Source: the human T2T-CHM13v2.0 reference genome, Homo sapiens. From it: 64,000 bases of DNA. The notes under the pieces were generated by a model. It ran no database searches. It was not told the origin of the DNA and was given only the letters and a program-made list of their open reading frames with translations. A program made the translations under genes and the position numbers. Positions 1 through 15,694 of this stretch are shown here, in pieces. Position 1 is the stretch's first letter. Each line of letters starts with the position of its first letter. The stretch is taken from assembly GCF_009914755.1 (NCBI RefSeq), contig NC_060930.1. One strand, given 5' to 3'.

Positions 1-3000
1 ATTCATCTACTCAATGATCATTTAGAAAAGTTTGCTGTCAGGAGTGTAACCTGTATCTGCTGACTTCAAATTGTTTAAAATTTCCACTAACCTCGCTGTG
101 AGAATCTGAGGAAACGTAAGTGAAATACTATTATTCTTGTCATAGATCATGGAGTAAAAACAGCCTGTCAAGGTCAAACATGCAAAGTAATGAGGATTTT
201 TTTTTCTTTTTTACCTCTGAGCCATAATTTGGTCACCACTTCACTTATGATATCCAACCAATTAACACCCTCTGTGAACATTTGGAAAATGCTTCAATTT
301 CCAAATATTAGATTGGCTACTTGTCCTTTATTAGAAATGGAAATTGAAGAAGCAACAAAGCAATACACTTCCATAGATTCTAGCTGATAGCCTGTGAATT
401 CCAAGTGCTGCACCTAAAACTATTTCAAGGTCACAAGTAACATAAACTTGTTAGGTATTTGTTAATAATAAAGAAAATGAAATAGGAAAATGGTAATATT
501 GCCAGAACCTCGGCATATGTTGATTTCTTTTATTGAACTGCTAATGTTGACATAAAAAAGAAAGGTCAGATAAAGTTTCTTCAATAATTTTGAATTCTAA
601 AATGTCATTAGGCAAAACTTCTTAAACACAAAAACTAATAAAGATAATATGAAATTAGTAACATGACTCATGCTACTTATTAGTATTTCCTTCCTTGCCC
701 ATTCCTTAAGCAGATGAAACTACTCTGTCTTCTTATAAATTAATGCCATAGGCTTAAAGATAGTAAAAGCATGCAAACACTATATTCTCATAGATAGCTT
801 CATCTCCAAATTGATGTTAGCATTAAGGATATCTGTATAATAAAAAACTATCTATGTTACAGAAAAGTCTCCGTTGTTGAACTTCTACATTCCTGAATTT
901 CAGATAATTACAGCGATTTATTGTCCTTGGAATTTATGGTCATTTTGTGGGCAAATGTAAATTGCCATTTTCTTTCAGCACAATATGTTATAATTTCAGA
1001 GCTATTTAAGCAATGCACCAAAAAAAAGCACAGAGAGTAGATAAATGGAAATTGCTAAAAGTAATTCAATAAATAACAATCAAAGCAGGACAATCAAAAA
1101 GGAAAGTCTTGTGGGGAAAAAAAAAAGCCAAATTTAGAACCTTTAAAAGTGAGTCTTATTTTGTTTCTTGAAATATTATTTAACACGTCTACTCTTTTGG
1201 ATCTGAGAAGTTGGATCACAATGGAAAAGGGATAAAATTCACCCCCCGCCCCGCTTATGTACCCCTTGGGTTCTTTTCTTCAGCTTCAATTTTCTGATGT
1301 TCTATACTGGGCTCAAACTTGATACTCCTAATGAGGCGAAGAAACACTCACTTCATTCCTTAGGAAAACTGCATTCAGCTCAAAAGTTCATATGAACAGT
1401 TTTATTAAAATGCAAAACCAAAAGCATGCAAAAAAAGACTGTATAAAGTTTGGCTAGAGTAATAAATAGGGACTCTCACTAAGATCGGATAGTCTCCATT
1501 GCTCTGGATGTTCTATAAAGATACCAAAGTAAGATTTGCAAACACACTAGTTGCCTGTCTGATGAGAGTTCCAACTTCTCTCTAGATTTCTTTCTAGTTC
1601 AAATTCTACCTATGAACAGCTCATCAATAACCATCCTAGCATCTGGTTTGACTTAATTCCATTGCAAAGAGCTTTATGGAAAAAATTTTCTACACTCCAG
1701 GTTGTAACACGAAAACCTTGGGACTGTAATATCCTTCCCAACTCCCAAAATAGGAAGTTTCTGAGAGTCCGAAGAATAATGCAGACAAGTCCAGCTGGAC
1801 AAGTGGATGAATTTATTAAGACTTACATATGGGGGCACTCCTGGGTGGCAGCAGGATGACTCTAGAGATCCATGCTGCCTCCCATCTCTAGGCTGCTTTT
1901 TAGCTAATTTTCTGGCCCTTTGTCTACTGTGTGTGTGCCATGGGATTGTTTCCCTTGATAGTTTCATATTCTCTGGGAAGCTATGTAAATGATGTTAGCC
2001 TGGCCTGTTTGAAAACTATAAAAAGAAGCATGGTCTATATCAAAGTGATGTCAAAGGAACATCTGTTCCCTGGTTGGGTACCATGGCCTTGACTCACCAC
2101 CAGGCCTTCAGAGTTCAAGCAGCTACCATACACCCGTAGGTAACCAGGTAGGGGAGGTGTCAAACTACAAAGGTAGGCTAAGTGTCTGCCACTACAGGAT
2201 TTGCCTGGATTTCCTAGGATAGAAGAGTCTATCCATAAGCAGAAAAATAGAGAAATAACTGTACTGAACCCTGAGGGGTGTGGGAGAGATAAGGGGGTGG
2301 TCAGTGATTGAGAGGGAGAATCCCTAGTGAGCCACACAGCTTCAGAGGTTCTTCATGAAAACCAAAATACCTAAGACATTTCTTCAAGTTATTTGCTGTG
2401 TTGGGTACAAGGTAAACTCACTTATTTGTCCTCCATTTTAAATTATTCTATATTGTTTACTAATGCTTTGACAAAATGATAGAATTATTGAGTAAGACTC
2501 AAAGGAGAGGGCTGGGGGTCAACTGCCATATCAATTATGCACAAGCTGTTCTAAATGGCCACTCTATACTTGTAAATCTGCACCTACCTACTTCCTAAAT
2601 TATCTGGAAAAAGTTGGAAATTTAGTAATTGTTCCTCTATTGTCAAAGTTATAATATACGACTAAAAAGTACCACGGTCAGCAAAACTTGTTTGGCAAAA
2701 CAAAGGTCTTACATAAAGTACAATAAAATGGCAATAAATACAACTTTCAAGCAGTAAGCAGACTTTCTAGAAGACATTTGTTTCCGAACCAAACTAAATT
2801 TATCCATCAAAACCTGCTTTAGTAGGTAAGTTGGTTTTTGAATCCTCGCCATCAGGAAACGCTGCAGAGCTTTCTGCTGAGACAAATTCTTTCATAAGTT
2901 TTATGCTATGCAGACTCAGTGTCAGCTCCAGAATTTCTATTTAAAAAGTTTATGGACAGCTATTTAGTTGGAAGCTGGGGATATGATTTGAAGCAGGACT

Positions 3001-3042
3001 TACTCTAATAAGCACATTACTGCAAATGTATATTTTGGAATT

Positions 3043-3070
3043 GGGTTAGGGTTAGGGTTAAGGTTATGGG
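3043..3070 (+). repeat. Short telomere-like (TTAGGG) tract
   Basis: GGGTTAGGGTTAGGGTTAAGGTTATGGG read directly. Confidence 0.75.
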
Positions 3071-3299
3071 GAAAGCAGAGTTTATCAAAGTCCCCCAAGC
3101 AACTCCTTTGACATCACTTTGATATAGACCAGACTTATTTTTACAGTTTTCAAACAGGCTGGGCTGACACCATTTACATAGATTTTTCCTTTGTTGTAGT
3201 TGTTTTCCAAAAGTCTCATCAAATGCCTGTTTAAACACTTAGAATTTTCACAAAATACCCTTACTCAGTGTTACCTTTTCTGGACCTGGTTTTTTATAT

Positions 3300-3453
<154 letters not shown>

Positions 3454-4418
3454 TAGTCATTATATTGAAATGATAAGAGCATATAACAGATTTATTTGCA
3501 CTGTACTGCCTAAGAAGTCTATAAAGCCTCATGTTCTGTTTATGAAAGTTTGAAAGGTGTAAGTTAAAGTGTATCTTGGGTAACAAAAGTTTCATTTTCT
3601 TTCGGGGAACTATACTACATTGCCAGGGCCACATTAACCAAGTGGCTACATTACTGTTAGGAAAAGGAGTAGAAGAAGGGAAATTTCAGAATCCTCTTGC
3701 CCAAATTTCCATTGCTCTTTTTAGTAATGTGCCCTATATTGTTCTCTAACTAGACTGTATGCTTTTGGAAGCAGAGAATTGGTGTTACTTGTATATTTAC
3801 CATCCTAAATTATCTAGTATAGGTCTAGGTAAAAAAAAAATTGTCAAGAAATACATGAATTAAGTCTTGGACAAAATATCAGACTGTATGGCAGACAAGA
3901 AAGGAGTATCCCAGAGAGAGCACCACTTGTCAAAGTTCTGAGGCATGAGACAGGTATATTCTGTGGAGTTCCAGTAGAGCAGAACATGTCGTATGGTTTG
4001 CAAAGGTAATCTACATAAGCATTTAATTTATCTTCTAAAAGGGACATCCAATCAACATTTGAACAATGCTACAAAAACTAAATTTCTGAGGCCCATGTCT
4101 TCCTTCCTCACCTCCTACTATCATGAATAACCACTAACCATCTGAGGATCTTTGGCACAATCATTCCTTCTTCCGTCTGCAATGCTCTTTTTCCCTGGCA
4201 TAGAGCACTCTAGCTGAGCAGAGTTCCCTTTCCCATTACTCCACATTAAGATACCTATGCTCCCTTTTATATATTTATTTGTCAATGAGTATTTCATCAG
4301 CCCCATTCCCTGACCTGGAAATATAAAATATAATTTGGCTTTCTCAGGGATAGCTCTGCACATCTTTTTTTCAATGTATCCCAACAACAAAAATGGTACC
4401 TGGCCCACAATGGTATTC

Positions 4419-5129
4419 TGTTATGGGCTAAATATTTTTGTCACCCCAAATTCATATATTGAAGCTCAAACCCTCAATATGATGGTATTAGGTGGTGGGG
4501 CCTTTGGAATGTAATTAGGTTTTTAGATGACATCATTAGAGTGGAGCCCCCAAGAGAAGATTAATGCCCCTATAAGAAGAGACACCAGGTGAGGACACAG
4601 CAAGAAGGTGGCTGTTTGCAAGCCAAAAGAGGGCCCTCACCAAGAACAAACTCTGCTCATATGGTTTGGCTATGTCCCCACCCAAATCTTACCTTGAATT
4701 GTAATAATCCCCACATGTCAAGGGAGGGATCAGGTGGAGATAATTGTATCATGGGGGTGGTTTCCCCCATACTCTTCTCATGGTAGTGAATAAGTCTCAA
4801 GGGATATAATGGTTTTATAAATGAGAGTTCCCCTGCACAAGCTCTCTTGCCTGTCACCATGTAAGACATCTCTTTGCTCCTCCTTTGCCTTCCACCATGA
4901 TTGTGAGGCCTCCCCAGCCTTGTGGAACTACGAGTCATTTAAACCTCTTTCCTTTATAAATTACCCATTCTTGGGTGTATCTTTATTAGCAGTGTGAGAA
5001 AAGACTAATACATCTGCTGACTCTTTGACCTTGGACTTCTCAGCCTATAAAACCATCAAAAATAAATACTTGTTGTTAAGCCACCCAGTCTATAATACTT
5101 TGTTATAGTATCCTGAGCGGACTAAGACA
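4419..5129 (+). mobile_element. MaLR solo LTR (MLT1A/MSTD-like), split by a THE1 LTR
   Basis: Starts tgttatgggct...ccccaaattcatatattgaa...ggtattaggtggtggggcctttgg and resumes after 5017 with accttggacttc...aagccacccagtc...gactaagaca. Confidence 0.85.
4657..5012 (+). mobile_element. THE1-family (MaLR) solo LTR
   Basis: t(c)atatggtttggct...cccaaatct...gactaataca; 5-bp TSD TCTGC at 4652-4656 and 5013-5017. Confidence 0.93.
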
Positions 5130-5371
5130 CACTGGTATGTTTTTCTTGGTTAATGTTGTCATACTGAGCCTCCATTTTCTGTTATAAGCCAATCCTGAAG
5201 GAAACAAAATATGAGTCATGTTAGCTTGCAACCTTAGAAGATCTAGTATTACTCTTACTACCCTGGCTCTGGCACCCAGCATTCCAGGAACAACCTCTGG
5301 GCATCCACAGAATCTTTGAGGCATAGGTTTTCCTTACCTCACATGTTTTGGAGCCAGTTGATATTACTAGT

Positions 5372-5545
5372 AATAATAATTAACTAAAATTTATTGAGTA
5401 CTTATAAGACCCAGCTACTGTTCTAAGTGTTTTACATATATCATTTCTTTGATCCTCACCATAACCACATAGAAGAGATTCCATTATAGTTCTCATTTTG
5501 TAAATGAGGAAACTGAGGCACAGAAAAGAAAAGTAACATGCTTGA
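5372..5545 (-). mobile_element. MIR SINE fragment
   Basis: atttattgagtactta...ctcattttgtaaatgaggaaactgaggcacaga, the MIR core in antisense. Confidence 0.8.
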
Positions 5546-5724
5546 TGTCACCTATTTGCATCAATTTTCCTACATTGACCTCAGTTTTCACCACGATTGA
5601 AACTGCACATGAACACCTACCATTTTCTGGCCAGAATTTGTATTCCCTTCTGACTCTGGTAGCACCCCATCTTGGGTGGAGGGAAACATTCTTCAGAACT
5701 TTGCATCATTCAGGTATCAGCATA

Positions 5725-6010
5725 AATCCCATTTCCTCCAAGAAATCTTCCCTGACTTCCAAGGTTTAGTTTAAGGGTCACTCCTAAATATTCACATGCA
5801 GCCTGTAGTAACTCTATTGGAGCACTTCTCACACTATATTATAATTGTTTATTTATGTTCCTGCATGCTCTTTGGGGGCAGAACCATATTATCTCAGGTA
5901 TATCTTACTAAACAGCCTATCTTTGATATGCTGATCCCTAGCATAGTGCCTGGTACACTGTAAGATGTTCAGTAAGTAAATGTGAAGGGATGAAGAATTG
6001 AGTAAATGAG
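5725..6010 (+). mobile_element. L2 3' end fragment
   Basis: tcctccaagaaatcttccctgac...ctagcatagtgcctggtaca...gagtaaatga. Confidence 0.65.
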
Positions 6011-6149
6011 CCTATTTTCTGAGCATCCATTCTGATGTGAATGGAATGATCTCTTAGTCCATGATGCTGCCACCAGCTTGTGTCATTTTAAATATCACTT
6101 CCTCCCTGGACTTTGTTTATTATTCTCCTATCTGCTGATTGAATCTCCA

Positions 6150-6325
6150 GTGTAATACTTGCTTGATCTGCATCTGAGTTCTTTGAAAGAGTATAAGGTC
6201 TTCAAAGAAAGAAGAGTACATCTTGCTCACTACTGCATCTCCAGTATCTAGTATAGTGTCTGGCAGGTAGAGATGAATAAATAAGTATTCACTGAAAGAA
6301 TTAATGAGTAAATACATAAATGAAT
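6150..6325 (+). mobile_element. L2 3' end fragment
   Basis: ctcactactgcatctccagtatctagtatagtgtctggca followed by a (tgaa)-like tail. Confidence 0.65.
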
Positions 6326-7399
6326 TGTGCATGGTATAGCTCAACAGTCCCTTAAAGGCTACCCTTCAGAGTCAGGATAGGTTTCTCCTGCCCTTGTTCT
6401 ACGAGCCTTGTGTTCCTTTTCTATCTCTACCAACTGTGGTGCTAAGGTCTAAATACATTTTATGTTCAAGAGTGCCCTAAAGAGACATCATGAACCTGTT
6501 CTCATTCAGATAAGCATTGCGAAGCAGCTGAGAAGTGATAATATGTCTTCCTGTATGCTTTTAAAGCAAACCCTCCTGTGCATCCAACAGCCAATACTAA
6601 GAGAATATCAAACTCTGCAAATTCATCCACAACAATCTTTTTGTTTCTATAAGGCTTGAGATCTGCCTGGTTCCTGATACTAAGCTTTTTGGCCAGGGTT
6701 TTCTGAATGACCCTTGGAAATTTAGTTCCATATTCTAAATGTCACTAAAAATTGACCCTATTTTTAAAATGTCCCCTTTGTCTATATCCAACATTTAAAC
6801 TTTATAATATGACTTAAAGCATTTTTGATATATTCCCAGACTAGTTTTCTACCCATGGACTTAAAGTTAGCTTTTAGCTTAACTGATTTTGACCCTTAAT
6901 GTTTAATAAGAATTTTAGCTCCCATGTTCACCCTTTCTCTTATTTTCCTTTGATGCTAGCTACCTAAATTAAAATACTTTACCTTAATTTGCAGCCTCTA
7001 AGACTCAATTCCAAGCACCAACTCCCCTGACATGGACCCCATCCAAGATAGTCTTGAAGAGTTCTAATGTGGCTAGTAGGTGAGACTTAGATATTTTATT
7101 TCACTAAAAAAAGAATGTATCAGCAACAGAAATACAAGTATGGTGTATCATAGGATAAATATAAAGTCATTTTTATTCTCTTTCCCTTGTCTGTAGAGTA
7201 ATAAAATCAAAGAGGAATTCATTTATTTCCTCAGTGATCTCTAACATCATCATGGATTATAAATTTTGTTCAGAAGTTACCTTAGCTGTAGTTTTACAAA
7301 TAACTTATAACAAGATGTAGTAAAATAGCTGAAAACTTATTGCTAAATATGTGTATTGACTACAGAGATTTAGCTCTAAAATGACTGCAAGTCAATTTT

Positions 7400-9500
<2,101 letters not shown>

Positions 9501-9555
9501 GAGGAGATGGTGGGGCCATAATACGGGCAGGAAAGGAAGTTTTCATAGTGTACTA

Positions 9556-9607
9556 TTAGGTTGGTGCAAAAGCAATTACAGTTTTTGCCACTGAGTAGTT
9601 ACTTTTG
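9556..9607. mobile_element. MADE1 (Hsmar1 MITE) partial copy
   Basis: ttaggttggtgcaaaagcaattacagtttttgcca matches the MADE1 TIR, preceded by TA; the second arm is mostly deleted (agttacttttg). Confidence 0.8.
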
Positions 9608-9681
9608 GCTTAATTGTGAATTTTGTAACATAACTGAAATAACATAAACATTGTGTATTATTCTAACCAAAATTACAATAA

Positions 9682-9763
9682 GTGTGTATACATGTATGCT
9701 TGTATACATGTATACATGTACAATAAATGTGTATACACATGTAAGTGTGTATACATGTGTGTG
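9682..9763. repeat. Alternating purine/pyrimidine (TGTATACA)n-type low-complexity repeat
   Basis: gtgtgtatacatgtatgcttgtatacatgtatacatgta... Confidence 0.8.
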
Positions 9764-9875
9764 ATGGGCCAGAAAAGTGAGAAAGGGTTAACTCCTCATC
9801 TTCTATAGCTGAAAGTAAGTAGATAGGAGCTAAAACTTTAACAGCGGGTGGAGGGCCAGAGGGAAGGAATATAAG

Positions 9876-10240
9876 TGATATGGTTTGGCTCTGTGTCCCC
9901 TCCCAAATCTCATCTCAAAATGTAATCCCCATGTGCCAAGGGAGGGACTTGGTAGGAGGCGATTGGATCATGGGGCTGTTTCCATCATGCTGTTCTCATG
10001 ATAGTGAGTGAGTTCTCACGAGGTCTGATGGTTTAAAATTGTTTGGCAGTTCCCCCCGGCTCTCTCTCTCTACTGCTGCAATGTAAGACATTCCTTGCTT
10101 CCCCTTCACCTTCTGCCATGATTGTAAGTTTTATGAGGCCTCCCCAGCCATGTAGAACTGTAACTCAATTAAATCTCTTTTCTTTATAAATTGCCCAGTC
10201 TCAGGTAGTTCTTTACTGCAGTGTGAAAATGGCTAATACA
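9876..10240 (+). mobile_element. MaLR solo LTR (THE1D/MSTA-like)
   Basis: tgatatggtttggctctgtgtcccc...ggctaataca; 5-bp TSD ATAAG at 9871-9875 and 10241-10245. Confidence 0.93.
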
Positions 10241-11817
10241 ATAAGCATGTTATTTAGAAATATATAGACAAATACTAACAGCATCTCATCAGTGTAGTAT
10301 AAAGTGGGAGAGAAAGAAATAAGCCCCTAACATATTTTATGCTCCTTGGAAAATAGTTTCTAAAGGAAGGACCACCTTCTCAGCAGAAGGAACTTCTCTA
10401 TGTGTCATAGTCATGTGTCTACATCCTTTTCTAAAGACCTATCAATCTTTTCTCAAGAAGTTACAGAGCCACCACACTACCATCACTCTAGTCTCAAGAA
10501 TTCCAATGCTACTTACATATGGGTATTCATTTTTGTCTAGTTTATATTTGCTGCCAGTCCTTTCCTGAAGAATTTGGTCTTTCCATTTTCACATTCAAAT
10601 TTCCTTTTTTACTGTGGTCCCCAGAGCTACGGCCTACATGTGCTACTGCAACATGATGGCCTTCCTGTTAAATAAATGTCGAACACACGCACTTTCTGTT
10701 CCTCAGGCTGATGTGGCTGTGCTGACTGATTACCACTTTTATCAATATTGATGGCCTGATTAGATTCCCATTACAGCACCCTTCACTCTGGTACCTAATT
10801 GAATTAGAGTCTGGAGGCTTAAACTACACAAGCTACTCCTGCTCTTAAAATATGCAGATGGTCTTTAAGGAAAGATACTCCACTCCCAACTAAATTATAT
10901 ACACAACAGACATGGTCTATTATGGTATTAAGCTCTAATATAGGTGTGTCTGCTGTGCAGGCAGCTGGGATCCAGCTAGTAAAATAATTTTAAATTTTCA
11001 TGAAAAAAACAATTAGACCATAGCAACACTATAGAATATCTGTTTATTCACTTATTAACTCATGTAATCATTCAACAAACATTGGCAAGAATCTATTTTC
11101 TGCTTGGAATGGTGGTCAGTACAGACGGAGAATAACAGAGACCTGCTCTCTGCCCCAGTGCAGCTCATAATTGAACAAGGAAATCGGTTAACAGAACCAT
11201 TAATTGTGGCGTGTGTTCTGATAGCTCTGTGAGAAAACATTTAGACCTCTTTCACTCAATATTCTAGGGCACACAATTTTTCAAACAATGAAAGTCATTC
11301 GATCTTCTAAACAAATCTTTCAGGGAAGTGGGATAAGGCAGAGGAGGATATATTTATTATTCAGCACCCACTACTCCAGTTAATGGTGATGACAAATAGA
11401 CACCTCTCCTGAACACAAATCCTTGCTTTTTTTAAATGGGAAATTGCTGTGAAAACACAGGAATCACCTGAGAAGCCATGAAAGAAAGAACATTCTCCAA
11501 TATTAGAGCCATTACCCTCTATCTTCTGTGACCTTTCCAGCTGCAGAAGTAGTGCTCCTTAATGGCTTTTAAGTCCCTGAACTTCAGACCCAGGCCACAT
11601 TTATTTATATCCCTAACTTGCTAATTTCCCCATTCCAACCTTGAAGTAGCCTCTTGTATGCTACTCTATATCAGCAGAGGTAAGCTGTTCCACAAATTTC
11701 CCTTGACAGTCTGAGTTCTCTAGAGTATCCCATAATAAAGCTCTGTTGAGATTCCATGCAAGTGGCAGTTAATAACATATTTTCTGAGTACATCTCTGGT
11801 AGACAAATGACATAGCA

Positions 11818-12225
11818 TGTAGTGCATGCACTGATGCACAGCCCAGATCCCTCTTTAGGAAAGAAGAACTTGTTCCTCCAGCTACTGGGAATGCTAACAG
11901 AAGATGATATTCAATCATTAGTTCTCTTTAAAGATTGCCTTAGCTGAAGAAAGCTGCCTTGTTTAAAGTTAAATCTTCTTTCAGCAATGACTGACATTCA
12001 CACATCAGTGCAGGAATGCAGAAATCCTGCTCCTTTAGCCCTACAGAAAGCTCTAAAAGACCATCACGGTCAGCTCCAGAGCTCCTCATAGGGTCAGCTA
12101 ATGCAATTATAGGGAGTGATCATGGTACGACTTCTCCCCAGCCAATTCTTCTTCCTTTTCTTCACTTTCACAGCCACATAGCAATCTTTAATAAACGTCC
12201 TGCTCCCAAGGAATACTACCTGTGG
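11818..12225 (+). mobile_element. LTR16-family (ERVL) solo LTR
   Basis: tgtagtgcatgc...gcccagatccctctttagga...ccagctactgggaatg...ttaataaac, resembling LTR16. Confidence 0.65.
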
Positions 12226-12627
12226 CCACAGGTTTAGAAATATTATGCCTCCTTGCTCTAAAATTTTACACAAAGAGTCTGAAAGTTACTTTTTGGTTTT
12301 CCTTTATTGGATTGGGTACTATTGGTAAACATCTGTGATGGAATTAAAAATTAAGAACAAATAAAATCTCCCAGCCTTAGAGTAAATTTCTGCTACTAAA
12401 GAGGATTCTGATTTGCCCTGCTTCAAGTCTCTTCTCCCTTCCCATGCTCCACTAAGGTTATCTGTTGCTTGAATGGAGAATCAGGAAGAAAGACAGAGGA
12501 AAGGAGAACATGAGGTAAACACTGATAAAGAGCTAGGACACTTTGAGGAGAGGTTGGAAGTAGAAGTAGACATGGGCAACAGATAGAACAGGAGAAAAGG
12601 GATGACGTAAAAATTGTTGCTGGGAGA

Positions 12628-14500
12628 TCATTCATCATGATCAAGTGGGATTTATCCCAGAATGAAAGGATGGATTAACATATGACAATCTATAAATGTG
12701 ATATGCCACATTAACAGAATAAAAGATAAAAACTATATGATTATCTCAATAGATGCAGGAAAAAAGCATTTGACAAAATTTGCCATCCTTCCATGATAAA
12801 AAAAGAAAAAACCTTAACAAATTAGGTATAGTAGGACTGTATCTCAACATAGTAAAGGTCATACGTGGCAAACCCACAGCTAGCATCATACTCAACAGTG
12901 AGAAATGGAAAGATTTTCCTCTAAGAAACAAGACAAGGATAAGGATGCCCAATCTCACCATTTCTATTCAACATAGCACTAAAAGTCCCAGGCAGATAAC
13001 CTAGGCAATAGAAAGAAATAAAAGGTTTATGAATTCCAAAGAGAAAGGTTAAATTGTCCCTGCTTGCAGATGACATAATCTTATGGAGAGAAAACCCTAA
13101 ACACTCCACCAAAAAACTGTCAGGACTAATAAAAGAAATTCAGTAAAGTTGCAGGACACAAAATCAACATACAAAAATCAGTAGCATTTCTATATACTAA
13201 CAAGAAACTATTCAAAAAAGAAATTTTTAAAATTCCATTAACAATAGATACAAAAAATGTATAGAATTCTTAGGAATAAACTTAACCAAGGAAGTGAAAA
13301 ACCTGTACACCAAAAAATACAAAACATTGAGGAAAGAAATTGAAGAAGACACAAATAAATGGAAAGATATTCTATGTTATATATTGAAAGAATTCATATA
13401 GTTAAAGTGTCCATACTGGCCAAAGCAATCTACAGATTCAATGCTATCCTTATCAAAATTCCAGGAAATTTTTCACAAAGATAGAAAAACAATCTTAAAA
13501 TTTGTATGGACCTACAAATGAGCTCAAAAAGCCAAAGTGATCCTGAGCAAAAAGAACAAACTACCTGACTAAAAATTATACTACAGACATATAATATTCA
13601 AAACAGCATGGCTGATGATTGTCTTTCTGTGCCTGGCTTACACACATAGAACAACGGAACAGAATAGAGAACCCAGAAATAAACTATGCATTTACAGTCA
13701 ATTGATTTTTGACAGAAATGCCAAGAACATACAATGATAAAGAATTGCCTTTTCAATAAATGATGTTGGGGAAACTGGATATCTACATGAAGAAAAATGA
13801 AATTAAACCCTTATCACACACCATAAATTAACCAAATGAAAATGGATTGAGGACTTAAACATGAGAGCTGGAACTATAAAACTACTAGAATAAAACGAAG
13901 GGGAAAAAGCCTATGACAACAGTCTGGGAAATGATTTTTTTTATATGAACCCCAAAACATAAGCAACAAAAGCAAAAATAGAGAAGTGAGAATGTGTCAA
14001 ACTAAAAAGCTTTTGCATAGCCAGAAGACTGAAGAGACAACCTACAGAATGGGAGAAAAAATTGCGAGCCATACATCTGATAAGGGGTTATTATCCTACA
14101 TATATCAGAAACAAAAGCAACTCAATAACAAGAAAACAAATAATCCAATTTAAAATGGGCAAAGGACCTGAATAAACATTTCTCAAAAGAAGACATACAA
14201 ATGATCAACAGGTATATGAAAAGATGTTCAATATCCCTATCAGAAAAATGCAAATTAAAACCACCATGAGATATCACCTCACAGCTGTTAGGATGGCTAT
14301 TATCAAAAAGACAAAAGATAAGTGTTGGCAATGATATGGAGAAAAGAGAACACTTACACATTGTTAGTAAGAATCTAGATTGGTACAGCCGTTGTGTGGT
14401 GTCACAGTATGGAGTTTCCTCAAAAATTATACCTATCATATTATCCAGCCATCCCATTACTGGATATATATCCAAAGAAATTGCAATCAGTATGATATGA
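12628..14500 (+). mobile_element. L1MA/L1MB ORF2 (RT to C-terminal) decayed fragment
   Basis: catgatcaagtgggatttatccca, gcagatgacataatc (FADD region), ORF 12780-13004 with KPTASIILNSEKWKDFPLR; many stops and frameshifts. Confidence 0.93.
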
Positions 14501-14504
14501 GGAA

Positions 14505-14845
14505 CAGATAATTGGCATCCAGTTCCTTGTGGCTGTAGGACTGAGATCCCATTTTCTTGCTGAGGACTGCTCTCTCTTTTTAGAGGTCACCAAAATTCCT
14601 TCTTACGCTCTTATCTTCAAAGCCACAATGGGGCAAGTCCTATATACACTTTGGATCTCTCTAACTTCTGCTACCACCACTATGCCATTAAAGGGCTCAT
14701 GTGATCAGATTAGGCCCACTTCAATAATCCCTCTTTCTTAAGGTCCTCTGACTATGTATCTGCAAAATCCCTTTTGGCATGTAAAACAACATAATCACAG
14801 GACTAATAGCAGTGGCAAAGTCTACTTCAAATTCTACCTTGCACA
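14505..14845 (-). mobile_element. MLT1-family LTR fragment
   Basis: cagttccttgtggctgtaggactgag...gattaggcccac...atctgcaaaatcccttttg. Confidence 0.7.
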
Positions 14846-15694
14846 GAGCTTCATTTTAATCAACTCTTACTGAGGATAGCTTTTAGATCACATTATTGAT
14901 TGAATAACATTTACAACTAGAAAATTATGACTATAGACTTTTCAATATCAGGAACTTGGTAGTAAGGTTTATGTTGTTGTTGTTTTTATTTTTCTTGCTT
15001 GCTTGTTTGCGTTTATATTTCTAGAAAGGTGGATTAAGAGAATTTTGAATCAGGCTGTTTATCAGTATAATTTCCATAGAATATTATACTAGTGCATGGT
15101 AGTTGGTAAATATAAATTCTGATATCACTACTTCCTCACTCTACACTCCACATGCCAAGAATTACGGGTGGATCAGGTGAGGATTATATGAAACACTTCA
15201 ATCTGGCATAAGGCAAACTATTACCCTCCAGCTGTGGCATCACTCAGTAGGCTGATCAGTACTTGCCAAAAGAAACACCCAAATCCACATATTCCTTTAT
15301 AAACCAAGATCCATAGTTTAAAGGGTTGGAGCTGCAAAGGATGCCTTCCAAAACAACTCAATTCAATACACATTCATTCTTCATTCTATCAACATTTCAT
15401 ACGTGGGTATCAAGGGCCAACTCTGTGACATGTGCTGGGCCTGTGGTACTATGGTGAACAAGATAGATAAGGTTCACCTTACCTTGTTTAAATTATCTTC
15501 ACAGGTAACACTTTCTCATATTTTAAAATTTATATTATTTATATATTTGCTCATTTACATTCTAGTGGAGGCAATGAAGGATAAATGAACAAATACACAT
15601 ATAAATATAAATTTTAAAATATCAGAAAGTGTTACTTGTGAAGATAACTTAAGGTAAGATGGGAGTTAGTGGGTGCATACTTGAGTTTGGATGG

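Noticed and set aside
1241-1254. GC-box (ccccgccccgc) as a promoter
   Set aside because: Isolated motif with no CpG island or other supporting signal
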